A stretch of DNA of 64,000 nt. Source: Pseudomonadota bacterium (GTDB lineage Bacteria > Pseudomonadota > Alphaproteobacteria > Caulobacterales > Hyphomonadaceae). The first letter of the stretch is position 1, and each line of letters starts with the position of its first letter. Positions 18,923 through 28,413 of the stretch are shown here, piece by piece. The DNA lies in NCBI GenBank assembly GCA_039033355.1, contig JBCCCT010000001.1, positions 5,893 through 69,892 of the forward strand, read 5' to 3'. The position numbers and the translations under genes are program-made. The notes under the pieces were generated by a model. That model made no database searches. It was not told the DNA's origin and saw nothing but the letters and a program-made list of their open reading frames with translations.

Positions 18923-19849
18923 TTAGACAGGCGGGTAAGGGAACACAGATGTTGTAGCGCCAAGATCCGTGAAACTGCCTTCCATGGCGCTAAAGCCCTG
19001 TTCTATTAGCGTCTCCGGGGTCCAACCTTCCAGACGTGACACAGATTTCACCGGCCGGGGCTGGTTGAACAGAACAACTTCATTGCCCCGGACACTGAAG
19101 ATCTGTCCCGAAACCTGCTTGGCGCCATCAGCGCAGAGCGTGACCGCGAGCTGCGCCACCTGATCGGCGCGCATGCCGGTTCGCATCCGCTCAACCCGTT
19201 CGGCGCCGGCTTCATCCTTGACCGGAATGGAGGCAATCATCCGTGTCCAGGCAAAGGGTGCGATAATGTTGGAGCGGACATTCTTGCGCGCCCCTTCCAT
19301 GGCGATGATGCGCGACAGTCCGGCAATGCCCATCTTGGCGGCGGCATAATTGGCCTGGCCGATATTGCCGATTAGTCCGGATGTCGAGGTGAAAAGGACA
19401 AAGCTGCCCTCTTCCTGCTCGCGAAAAAGTTCGATCGCGGCGCGGGTGACATTGAACGAGCCGTGCAAATGCACGTCGATCACGGATCGCCAGTCATCTT
19501 CGCTCATCTTGTGAAACATGCCATCGCGCAGAATGCCGGCGGGATTGATAATGCCGTGCAGACCGCCAAACGTGTCCTTGGCTTGCTCCACCATGCCCTG
19601 CACGGCGGTCATGTCGGTCACACTTTCAGAATTGGATGCGGCCTCGCCGCCCGCGGCGCGAATTTCCTGCGCGACCTGTTCCGCCAGTCCGGCATCGCCC
19701 GAGGCATCCCCGGCATCGGTCAGGGCACCGCCCAGATCATTGACCAGGATCTTGGCACCTTCTTTCGCGGCCAGCAGGGCGCACTCCTTGCCAATGCCAT
19801 TGCCGCCGCCTGTGATCAGAATGACCTTGCCGTCCAACACACCCATCAT
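18923..19849 (-). CDS. SDR-family NAD(P)-dependent oxidoreductase
   Basis: ITGGGNGIGKE (TGxxxGxG) and ANYAAAK (YxxxK). The track start at 19858 is TTG; ATG codons at 19849 and 19846 follow a GGAG. Confidence 0.85.
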   Translation of the reverse strand: MMGVLDGKVILITGGGNGIGKECALLAAKEGAKILVNDLGGALTDAGDASGDAGLAEQVAQEIRAAGGEAASNSESVTDMTAVQGMVEQAKDTFGGLHGIINPAGILRDGMFHKMSEDDWRSVIDVHLHGSFNVTRAAIELFREQEEGSFVLFTSTSGLIGNIGQANYAAAKMGIAGLSRIIAMEGARKNVRSNIIAPFAWTRMIASIPVKDEAGAERVERMRTGMRADQVAQLAVTLCADGAKQVSGQIFSVRGNEVVLFNQPRPVKSVSRLEGWTPETLIEQGFSAMEGSFTDLGATTSVFPYPPV

Positions 19850-19928
19850 GCTCTCCAAATGCTGTCTTCAAGAGGGCGAGACAGCATGGAATGCAGGGCT
19901 GAGCAAGGGTGCCGCGACGCGGACCTGA

Positions 19929-21659
19929 TCAAGCTTGTTCGAGCGGGGTCATGCCCTCATCGGTACGACGGCTGACATAGGCTATGACATCACTCGCCGT
20001 GAAGGTTTCGGCGCGGACATCAGTGACCTTTCGATAGTCCGCTCGAACGTCATCCGCAGTCAGCGTTACCAGAGTCCAGCCATTGCCATTCGCATCATGA
20101 TAATCGACCTCATCATTGGCGTCGGCGAATTGTGCGCCGATATCCGGGACGTCTTTCATATAAGTGCCAAACCCGGGTGAGGTGACGGACGTGCAACCGA
20201 ATTCGACCCCGCGCTGTTCATCATCGGCATCGCGCAGGGTGTTGGCCCAGGCCGTGTGCGTGTCGCCGGTGAGGGTTACAAGTCGTGCGCCGGCGGCCTT
20301 GGCACTTTCATACAGGCGGTCGCGCGCGGCCGGGAAGCCGTCCCATGCGTCGAGATTCCAAGGCAGGCCCAGCTGGCTGAACGGGATCAACTGCTGCACA
20401 TAACCAATATCCTGGGCGGCTTTCTGTTCATCGGTCAGCGTCCGCTCGAAATTGGGCGGACGGACGCGCGCCATGATGATCTGATTGGCGAGCACCTGCC
20501 ATGTTTTCGATTTCGCGGTTGAATCGTTCAGCTGCTGATCGAGCCAGGCTTCTTGTGCTGCGCCAAGCATTGTTCGATCTGGCGTTTGCACCCGCACCAT
20601 GGTGTTCATGGCCGCCACCGGTATCGCGCTTGCCTCCAATCCGCCAAGTTCGGTAAACCAGGAAATCTCGTCCGACCGTCCGGTCAGACGGGTCTCAAGA
20701 CAGATCACCGAGGCGACGTCGCCAAAGTCAAACCGGCGGTACAAAGCCTCACGGGCCTTGCCGACTTCCGGGTCGCGCACCGGCATCCATTCCAAATAGG
20801 CTTGAACGGCGGCTTGTTTGCGGTCCGTCCAATTGCCTTCGCCCGCCTCCGGATTGTGGTTTTCCGCGCCTGAGCGATAGGAATTGTTTGTGCTTTCGTG
20901 ATCATCCCAGGTGCAGATCCACGGCGCTGCGGCGTGTGCCGCTTGCAGGTCCGGATCGGTTTTATATTGCGCGTGCCGGGTGCGATAATCAGCCAGCGAG
21001 ATGATTTCCAGAGGCGGCTCGTGATTGCGATCGATTTCCTGACCGACACTGCCACCATAACCATCAATGCCATACTCATATATATAGTCGCCGAGATGTA
21101 CGACAGCATCGAGATCTGCAGTGTCGGCGATATCCCGATAGACGTGAAAACGACCGAACGGATAGTTGGAACAGGAAATCACAGCCAGCTTGACCGGCGC
21201 GGCGCCCGACGCGGCCGCTGTCTTTGTGCGTCCGACAGGTGAGCCGACATCTCCGGACGCGACATTGGCGATGAAGCGGAAATAATAGTCCTTGTCCGGC
21301 TCAAGGTCAGCAACGTTCACTTTGACGGTATAGTCGCGTTCGGCGAGAGCGTAGACCTGACCATATTTCACCGGTTGTTGCTGTTCGGCGTCTTCGAAAA
21401 TCCCATAACTCACCGGAACAGCTAGGTCCGGATAGGCCGCATCCGGTGTCACGCGGGTCCAGATGATGACGCTGTCCGGCAAGGGATCACCCGATGCGAC
21501 TCCATGGATGAAATTGACCACACCCGGATAGGCTGCGCGTTCGTCCGGGCTGACCGTGACGCGGGATTCCGGCTCGAGAAGGGGGTCGCGGCTACACGCT
21601 GTCAGTCCGATGACGCTGGTACTGGCCCCCAATAAGCCGCGTCGTGTAATCTTTCCCAT
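19929..21659 (-). CDS. phoD: Alkaline phosphatase D family (PhoD), Tat-exported
   Basis: Twin-arginine signal ITRRGLLGAST...LTAC, and PhoD-type metallophosphatase motifs (HLGDYIYEY, WDDHE). Confidence 0.85.
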   Translation of the reverse strand: MGKITRRGLLGASTSVIGLTACSRDPLLEPESRVTVSPDERAAYPGVVNFIHGVASGDPLPDSVIIWTRVTPDAAYPDLAVPVSYGIFEDAEQQQPVKYGQVYALAERDYTVKVNVADLEPDKDYYFRFIANVASGDVGSPVGRTKTAAASGAAPVKLAVISCSNYPFGRFHVYRDIADTADLDAVVHLGDYIYEYGIDGYGGSVGQEIDRNHEPPLEIISLADYRTRHAQYKTDPDLQAAHAAAPWICTWDDHESTNNSYRSGAENHNPEAGEGNWTDRKQAAVQAYLEWMPVRDPEVGKAREALYRRFDFGDVASVICLETRLTGRSDEISWFTELGGLEASAIPVAAMNTMVRVQTPDRTMLGAAQEAWLDQQLNDSTAKSKTWQVLANQIIMARVRPPNFERTLTDEQKAAQDIGYVQQLIPFSQLGLPWNLDAWDGFPAARDRLYESAKAAGARLVTLTGDTHTAWANTLRDADDEQRGVEFGCTSVTSPGFGTYMKDVPDIGAQFADANDEVDYHDANGNGWTLVTLTADDVRADYRKVTDVRAETFTASDVIAYVSRRTDEGMTPLEQA

Positions 21660-21736
21660 GAGCCGGGTTCTCCTCTTTGCACTGCAATTGCGATTGCAGC
21701 ATGACCTTCTCGCATCTGTCGGTTTATATGGTTCTT

Positions 21737-22747
21737 ATGACAGTCTTATCTGCTTTAGCAGGCGAAAACGATAAAGGAACCCGGCTCGACCGATTCTTGA
21801 GCGAGCAGATTGAGACTCTGTCTCGATCTCGCGCCAAGACTCTTGTGAAAGAGGGGCATGTGCGGGAACTGCGCGCCGGCGAGCAGGTCGTTCAAGATGA
21901 TCCGAGAGCGCCGGTCGCACCAGGTATCGAATATATTGTCGACATGCCGACGCCAGTGCCCGCCGTCCCGCAAGCCGAGGCTATTCCACTGGACATCCTG
22001 TTTGAGGATGAGCATCTGCTGCTGGTCAACAAGGCGGCCGGCATGGCCGTGCACCCGGCACCGGGCAGCTGGCAGGGCACATTAGTCAATGCATTGCTGC
22101 ATCATTGCCAGGGCGGCTTGCCCGGAATTGGCGGCGTCGAGCGACCCGGCATCGTTCATCGCATCGACAAGAATACGACAGGCGTTCTGGTCGTGGCGAA
22201 GACGGAACGCGCACATCAAGGCTTGTCTGACCTCTTCGCGCGGCATGATATTGACCGGACCTATCTGGCATTGGTGCGCGGGGCGCCGCGCCCTTTGGCG
22301 GGTTCAATTGAAACTGATATCGCGCGCAGCTCTCAGGATCGAAAGAAAATGGCGGTGGTCGAGTCCGGCATGGGGCGCCATGCGATCACACATTATCGCG
22401 CGCTTGAGACTTATGGAGAGATCAGCAAGGTCGAGGCACGCCCCGCGGCTTCACTTATAGAGTGCCGACTTGAAACCGGTCGCACACATCAAATTCGCGT
22501 GCATATGGCACACCTTGGTTGCTCATTGATTGGTGATCCGGTGTATGCGCGCCATCGCGGGATCAAGGCGAACGGTCGCGGTGACTCGTTTGATCGCGCC
22601 ACTCAATTGGCGACAAAGCTAACGCGTCAGGCCTTGCATGCTGCCAGCCTCTCATTCATCCATCCGGTCACCAGAGAAACCGTATCTGGCGAAGTGGCCT
22701 TGCCAGATGATCTGCGAGAATTGCGAACTGCATTGCAGGCAATGTAG
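21737..22747 (+). CDS. RluA-family 23S rRNA pseudouridine synthase (RluD-type)
   Basis: An S4-like N-terminus (TRLDRFLSEQ...SRSRAKTLVKEGHV) and the catalytic motif HRIDKNTTGVLVVAK. The track ORF starts at 21677; an internal ATG at 21728 or 21737 fits RluD length better. Confidence 0.85.
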   Translation: MTVLSALAGENDKGTRLDRFLSEQIETLSRSRAKTLVKEGHVRELRAGEQVVQDDPRAPVAPGIEYIVDMPTPVPAVPQAEAIPLDILFEDEHLLLVNKAAGMAVHPAPGSWQGTLVNALLHHCQGGLPGIGGVERPGIVHRIDKNTTGVLVVAKTERAHQGLSDLFARHDIDRTYLALVRGAPRPLAGSIETDIARSSQDRKKMAVVESGMGRHAITHYRALETYGEISKVEARPAASLIECRLETGRTHQIRVHMAHLGCSLIGDPVYARHRGIKANGRGDSFDRATQLATKLTRQALHAASLSFIHPVTRETVSGEVALPDDLRELRTALQAM

Positions 22748-23671
22748 TTAGTCGCGGACCATCTTCGGAGCGTCGCCCGAGCTGCGCTGTGCCAGGAAAG
22801 TGGCGAAACTCTCTGCCAGCCGCTTCACCTCATTCCGCAGACGGCCATATTTTCCTCGCATCGAATCATAGCTGTCGAGATCAGGACGATCCATGGCGCT
22901 GAGCGCTTGCACGGATTCGGGAATTGTCGGTCCGAATGTTCGATCCTTCAAATAGATTTCTTTCAACTCGCTTTCAGCATTGCGGGCGTATCGGGTGTTC
23001 TTGAAGCGTGTGATGACCACAAAGTTCCGACGCGCAAGATGCGGAGTGATCTCTGCTGTCACCCAATCGGTAAATTGCTTGGTGCCCCAAATTGAAACTG
23101 AGTCCGCGAGGGTCGGAGTCACATATGTGTTGGCGATGGCCAAACCTGCCCGCGCGATCGGAGACAAATAGGGTGGCGTGTCAATCAGTATAACGTCGTA
23201 TATGCCCGCCAAAGGCTCGATCGCCTTCTCCAGATGTCCGGCGAGATAGCTCGCCAGTCGGCTTGGCGCCATGCCTTTGGAATAGACTTTCTCTTCCAGG
23301 TCCATTTCTGTCAGACGCAATTGTGTGTGTGCCGGAAGAATGGAAATCCAGCCATTGCGTTCGTCACGTTCCTCGGCGCGTCGTAATTCTTCAAGTGTGA
23401 CGGCGTTTGGCAGAATCAGATTGGCAATATTGGGGGGTTGGTTCTCCATGAATTGATGGATCAAGTGATGGACGCCCTTGCCTTGTTTGAAGGCCATTTG
23501 CAAACCGCGATCGGTCAACAGCATCTGGCTGGAATTGGCTTGCGGATCGAAATCCACCACGAGGACATTGGCCCCATAGTAATAAGCCAGGCCATCTGCC
23601 AGCATTAGCGTCGTGGTCGACTTTCCGACTCCACCCTTCAGGTTCGCGATAGCCGCGATTGTTGCAGACAT
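22748..23671 (-). CDS. Orphan ParA/MinD-family P-loop ATPase
   Basis: Deviant Walker A ANLKGGVGKSTTT, then VVDFDPQAN, and the Walker B-like VILIDTPP. There is no ParB-like gene nearby. It lies 54 nt downstream of the O-antigen-ligase-like gene on the same strand. Confidence 0.8.
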   Translation of the reverse strand: MSATIAAIANLKGGVGKSTTTLMLADGLAYYYGANVLVVDFDPQANSSQMLLTDRGLQMAFKQGKGVHHLIHQFMENQPPNIANLILPNAVTLEELRRAEERDERNGWISILPAHTQLRLTEMDLEEKVYSKGMAPSRLASYLAGHLEKAIEPLAGIYDVILIDTPPYLSPIARAGLAIANTYVTPTLADSVSIWGTKQFTDWVTAEITPHLARRNFVVITRFKNTRYARNAESELKEIYLKDRTFGPTIPESVQALSAMDRPDLDSYDSMRGKYGRLRNEVKRLAESFATFLAQRSSGDAPKMVRD

Positions 23672-23725
23672 CCTATCCCTCTCAATCAGCGAGGTTCTGA
23701 CATATCTGCCGACAACTCGAAAGAG

Positions 23726-25027
23726 TTATTCGTCAGCAACCTCGGTCGACTTAACGGAAAGAGAGGTGGCAAATCCTGCCGCCAATCCCAGGATGTAAGA
23801 GTAAGTCCACATGACGCTCGGGATTTCGAGAGCATAGTCAACCAGGCCATGCGTGAATATGAGCAAGGATGCGGCGAGTGCAACACGCAGAAAAATTCTC
23901 GGCGTACTGACGGTCTTTCCGAAGGGACGTATAATCGTATTGAGGATGAGTCCAAGCACGGCGGCCATTGCGAGTAGCCCGACCAGGCCTTGTTGAACCA
24001 GCCATTGCAACGTGAAATTGTGCGCCGCGCCGATGGTGACCAAGTGCGCTGCATTGTTCAACGTCGTATGAGAATCGTTCAACATGTTAAAGCTGCCCAG
24101 GCCGTGACCGAAGAATGGGCGTTCCAGCCAAATCGAAACATAGGCGTCGTACAGAACCAATCGTGAAGATGAGTTCTGAAGGAGCGCTTCTGAATCATAT
24201 GGATTGATCTCGCCGGTTAGCGCTAGCGCCAGTACGGTGCCAAATACCAGGCCGACCGGAATCATGTATCTTTTCCGCCGAACAAATCGGAACATGTTCG
24301 AGCGCGACAAGCGAATGAATTCAACGATGACCAAACCGATGACGCTGGCCATACCAATGAAAATTCCAGCGCGCGAGACGGTCAGTAAGAGGCAGACCGC
24401 CGCGATGATCAACAAAGCGAAATTCGGATACTCGGCCTGCGCAAAATAGTAGATTTGATCCGGGCGGCTGAGCCGTGACAGTCTTGAATTATTCAATCGC
24501 AGCAGAAGCCTGCCCGTCGCCAATACAAGCGCCAAGCCAAATAGGGTGGCTGCCGTGTTGGGAGAACCGAACAAGGCTGACAAACGTCCGTCAAAATTGA
24601 TTGTCTCACTTGTGGGCGCGGCGCCGCTGCCAGACGAGAACGTGTAGATTGCGATCAGGCAAAAAGCTAACAAGCTCCAATTCAGCGCCATCCATGCAAA
24701 TGATAGAAGTTTTTTCTCGGACCCGATGAAATATCCGAGACCGACAATTGCGCCGGCGGCTGCCAGGACCTGTACGTCTTGCCGCGCGCTCGACCAGGGT
24801 CCAAACAAACCCAGTGCCAACCATGCACAAAATGCAATCGCAACCAGTGCCATGCCCAACGGAACAGATTTGCGACCAAAGGCGAGGAGCGAAAGCACGA
24901 ACGTGACCATTAAGCCGACGCTGTACACCGCCGCTGTGTCTCTTGCGTCTGCGCCACGGTCGAGATGGGCGAAGAGCATCCAGACAGGGGTCAGCACTGC
25001 AACAAGGCGCATCGACCAGAGACGCAC
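23726..25027 (-). CDS. O-antigen ligase / Wzy_C-family polytopic membrane protein
   Basis: 433 aa with about 10-12 TM helices and a large loop near LERPFFGHGLGSF, typical of Wzy_C-type proteins. The gene is visibly more AT-rich than its neighbours. Confidence 0.7.
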   Translation of the reverse strand: MRLWSMRLVAVLTPVWMLFAHLDRGADARDTAAVYSVGLMVTFVLSLLAFGRKSVPLGMALVAIAFCAWLALGLFGPWSSARQDVQVLAAAGAIVGLGYFIGSEKKLLSFAWMALNWSLLAFCLIAIYTFSSGSGAAPTSETINFDGRLSALFGSPNTAATLFGLALVLATGRLLLRLNNSRLSRLSRPDQIYYFAQAEYPNFALLIIAAVCLLLTVSRAGIFIGMASVIGLVIVEFIRLSRSNMFRFVRRKRYMIPVGLVFGTVLALALTGEINPYDSEALLQNSSSRLVLYDAYVSIWLERPFFGHGLGSFNMLNDSHTTLNNAAHLVTIGAAHNFTLQWLVQQGLVGLLAMAAVLGLILNTIIRPFGKTVSTPRIFLRVALAASLLIFTHGLVDYALEIPSVMWTYSYILGLAAGFATSLSVKSTEVADE

Positions 25028-25379
25028 TTTCTGAGTGAGCTCTGTATCAGTGGCCCGTATGTTACGAATCGATGCGATCGAATCACCTCCAAAAATTGAA
25101 GCTTGTGGTGGCTATATCCATGCTCGATTTGCGTGCAAATATTTTTTATTCGATGAACGTGGTGCCAAAAGTGCACAAATTTCGACCTGTAAGATTAACT
25201 TTCAGGTAATTTTTCCCCTGACAGGCGAAGACGTTTGCGTTCGCAGCAAAAGCGAGCGCATAAAGAACTCACGATTTGGTAGATTCTGGGTCATCAAACG
25301 ACAATTAACCTTTGGGTGGGGCTTGGCGTCCGGCTGGCAAGGAACTTGCAGTCATGTCGAGCATGCAAGGGTTAAGGCG

Positions 25380-26096
25380 ATGTTTGATGGAGAAGTGGGA
25401 CGTAAAATGGGATTTCAGTCTTACACGCGTGACTTGAAAAACGCGGATTATGCTGCAGTGCAAAATTTAGGCACCGAGAACCGGGCCAATGGCGCATTGA
25501 AGCGAATTACTGACTTTGCGGTCGCGGCTGCCGCCTTGATTTTCTTGCTGCCGATTATGCTGCCTTTAGCTATTTTCATCCGTCTGTCAGATGGTGGACC
25601 GGCCTTGTTTCGCCAGAAGCGCATTGGGCGCGATGGTCGGGAATTCTGGTGCTTCAAATTTCGTTCAATGGTTGTCGACGCCGATATTCGGTTGCAGCAA
25701 CTGCTGGAGACTGATCCGCGCGCACGCCGCGAATGGCAAGCCACGCAGAAACTCGAAAACGACCCCCGGATCACAGCGTTCGGCCATTTCTTGCGGAAAT
25801 CTTCGCTGGATGAGTTGCCGCAGCTGATCAACATTCTGAAGGGCGAAATGTCCATCGTCGGACCCCGACCAATCGTACAGAATGAAGTCGAGAAATACGG
25901 TGACTATTTCGGCCATTATTGTCAGGTTCGACCTGGTTTGACAGGGCTTTGGCAAGTCAGCGGTCGTAGCGATACGAGCTATGGTGAGCGTGTTGCGCTG
26001 GATGTCAAATATGTGTCCGACTGGTCCTATGTCAGCGACATCAAGATCATGGCCATGACCATTCCAGCCGTCTTGCTGTCTGACGGCGCTCGTTAA
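25380..26096 (+). CDS. Polyprenyl-phosphate hexose-1-phosphate transferase (bacterial sugar transferase; priming enzyme, ExoY/WbaP C-domain type)
   Basis: FRQKRIGRDGREFWCFKFRSM, KLENDPRIT, and DELPQLINILKGEMSIVGPRP. The track ORF (from 25035) has a non-homologous 115-aa extension; ATG at 25380 or 25407 fits the family. Confidence 0.85.
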   Translation: MFDGEVGRKMGFQSYTRDLKNADYAAVQNLGTENRANGALKRITDFAVAAAALIFLLPIMLPLAIFIRLSDGGPALFRQKRIGRDGREFWCFKFRSMVVDADIRLQQLLETDPRARREWQATQKLENDPRITAFGHFLRKSSLDELPQLINILKGEMSIVGPRPIVQNEVEKYGDYFGHYCQVRPGLTGLWQVSGRSDTSYGERVALDVKYVSDWSYVSDIKIMAMTIPAVLLSDGAR

Positions 26097-26194
26097 GGCG
26101 ACTTTCTCACAGCACGTTTACCGGGCGACAAACTCCTTCGTTTATCTGAGTACGGATTCAAAAGTTCCGAGTCCGGAACAGTATGGGAGACGGT

Positions 26195-27286
26195 ATGCGG
26201 GTCGCACTGGTACATTATTGGCTGACCAATATGCGCGGCGGCGAGCGCGTCCTCGAAGCGCTGTGCGAGATGTTTCCGCAAGCAACGATTTTCACCCATG
26301 TTGTTGATCGTTCCAAACTAAGCGCGACGGTCAACCGGCATGAGATAAAGACGACCTTCATTTCGAAGTTTCCGTTCGCAACATCGCAATATCAGAAACT
26401 GTTACCCTTCATGCCGCGCGCTCTGGAAGAGATTGATCTTTCTGAGTTCGATCTGGTCATCTCGTCCGAGTCCGGGCCGGCAAAGGGCGTGATCACGCGG
26501 CCGGATGCTTTTCATCTTTGTTACTGCCACTCTCCCATGCGCTACATTTGGGATCTCTACCCACACTATTTAGGCAGTGCTGGCTTTCTCGCCCGACAGG
26601 CATTCCCCGGAATCGCGCACCGTCTGCGAACCTGGGATGTGACCAGCGCTGCGCGGGTCGATCAGTTCGCGGCGAATTCAAATTTCGTGAAGCAGCGAAT
26701 TCGGAAATTTTATCGGCGCGACAGCGCGGTTATCCATCCGCCAGTCGCTGTCTCCGAATTCGCCCAAGCGCGTGTCGACGTGCCGGGCGACTATTTTTTG
26801 GCGGCAGGTGAGCTGGTTGGCTATAAACGCTTTGACCTGGTCGTCGATGTCTTCACCAAAATGGGCCTGCCATTGGTTGTGATTGGCGATGGCGAACAAA
26901 AGAAAGATCTGCAAAACCGCGCCGGACCAAATGTCGAATTTCTCGGGCGCGTGGATTTCACCGAGTTGAAGCGCCGGTTCGGTGAATGCAAAGCGCTGGT
27001 CTTTCCGGGTGAAGAAGACTTTGGCATCGTCCCAGTCGAAGTCATGGCCGCGGGTCGGCCTGTTATCGCCTATGGTCGCGGCGGCGCGCTGGACACGGTT
27101 GTTGATGGTCAGACCGGAATCCTGTTTGAAGAACAATCGGTCGACTCGCTGATTGAGGCCGTGTCGAAGTTTGAGAAAGTCTCTTTCGACAGTGATGCCA
27201 TCCATCAACATGCCACAGGCTTTTCCGGGCAGGTTTTCAAGGATGGTATTCGCGCCTTGCTGTCGCAGAACGGAATCGAGATTTAA
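26195..27286 (+). CDS. GT4-family glycosyltransferase
   Basis: The N-terminus is MRVALVHYWL. The C-terminal GT-B motif is GEEDFGIVPVEVMAAGRPVIAYGRGG (E-x7-E). Confidence 0.8.
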   Translation: MRVALVHYWLTNMRGGERVLEALCEMFPQATIFTHVVDRSKLSATVNRHEIKTTFISKFPFATSQYQKLLPFMPRALEEIDLSEFDLVISSESGPAKGVITRPDAFHLCYCHSPMRYIWDLYPHYLGSAGFLARQAFPGIAHRLRTWDVTSAARVDQFAANSNFVKQRIRKFYRRDSAVIHPPVAVSEFAQARVDVPGDYFLAAGELVGYKRFDLVVDVFTKMGLPLVVIGDGEQKKDLQNRAGPNVEFLGRVDFTELKRRFGECKALVFPGEEDFGIVPVEVMAAGRPVIAYGRGGALDTVVDGQTGILFEEQSVDSLIEAVSKFEKVSFDSDAIHQHATGFSGQVFKDGIRALLSQNGIEI

Positions 27287-27939
27287 TCCTGTCCCAGGCC
27301 AATCTCATTCGGACGGGCTGGGGTGTCGATTTTTCGGCGATAGGTGTCGAATGGAATATTGCGCGCCATAGCGGCCTGCCGCACGTCCTCCAGATAATCG
27401 TAATCAAGATGCCACCAACGGAGAAAGTCAGCGCCTGAAAAAGCATGCATCCTGTTTGCTTCGCTAACATCATCCCAATTCGCGAGGACGAACGTAAATC
27501 GCCAGCGCAACAGCGATTTGTCGCAATAAGGGCACGCCTCGAATGAGCGATTGAGATCTGCATCAACCGCGGCTGTGAACCGCTCAGTCGATTGCTGCCT
27601 GACAAAGGCCAGGAAGGCCCAAGCCTGGTAATCGCTCGGAGCGCTTGCCAGGGCGCGCTCCAAAAGTGTGATCGTCAACGCGGATTGTTCGGCGTCATTT
27701 GCATAAAGCGCGCGCGCAGTTGCTTCCCATTCGGCGGGATCTGCAACCCGAACCTGATCGGACAGGCGTTGCGCGTGTTCCAGAGGATTCATTTCTCCAC
27801 TCTTGATCGCCTGGATTCGCCCAACCGAGCGTTGGGTCGAGAGGGCCGACCAGATCGGCAGTAAAAGGGCTGCGAGAATCACAAGGGCATAGAGCGGAGA
27901 CAGGCGATCAGACATTAATTCTCTTGTAATCCAAGTCAT
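27283..27939 (-). CDS. Membrane-anchored hypothetical protein
   Basis: 218 aa with one N-terminal TM (LYALVILAALLLPIWSAL) and a helical soluble part. It is convergent with the GT4 gene, with a 4-nt overlap. Confidence 0.5.
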   Translation of the reverse strand: MTWITRELMSDRLSPLYALVILAALLLPIWSALSTQRSVGRIQAIKSGEMNPLEHAQRLSDQVRVADPAEWEATARALYANDAEQSALTITLLERALASAPSDYQAWAFLAFVRQQSTERFTAAVDADLNRSFEACPYCDKSLLRWRFTFVLANWDDVSEANRMHAFSGADFLRWWHLDYDYLEDVRQAAMARNIPFDTYRRKIDTPARPNEIGLGQD

Positions 27940-28413
27940 TACAGAAGTTTATATCCCCATCGACTGGAAACATGCTAGCTATGATATAGGTCACAGTTAA
28001 GCAGAAAACGGTTTCCGAGTTCTTTTTTGATTAATACGTCATCAACGACCGCACCTTACACTTCCTTCATAGCAGAGCCGGATGATACATGAATGAGCTT
28101 TTTCACGCGTCAGGAAGAAGTTAGATCAGGCACCGCGGGGACGCTGCGAACACGCGATGAACTCGTTTCAGAGCGGCAACCTCGATCGCGATCTAGCAAA
28201 TGGCCGTTGCGTTGGGTTACGCTGGCAGTCGTAACCCTGTGTAGTGCCTTCTGGATCACGTTTTTTGCGTTGATTTTCTAGCCTCAATATTAACATGGTA
28301 TAGACTATGCATGCCTGGCGTAGCCAGGGTGAAATGCAATGCTGACTTGCGGTGCCGTTTGACCCTGAAACACCTATAGGTATAGTCAAACCGGGGATTC
28401 TATCGGGCGCGAA

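Noticed and set aside
19859-19887. 9-bp hairpin (ATGCTGTCT...AGACAGCAT) between phoD and the SDR gene, considered as a terminator
   Set aside because: On the transcribed (minus) strand only two U residues follow the stem, and it abuts the SDR ribosome-binding site. That is insufficient to call it a terminator.
25035-25379. 115-codon N-terminal extension of the priming sugar transferase ORF
   Set aside because: The extension is AT-rich with atypical composition and no homology-like features. The family's conserved core begins after ATG 25380/25407, so this region is treated as 5' regulatory DNA.
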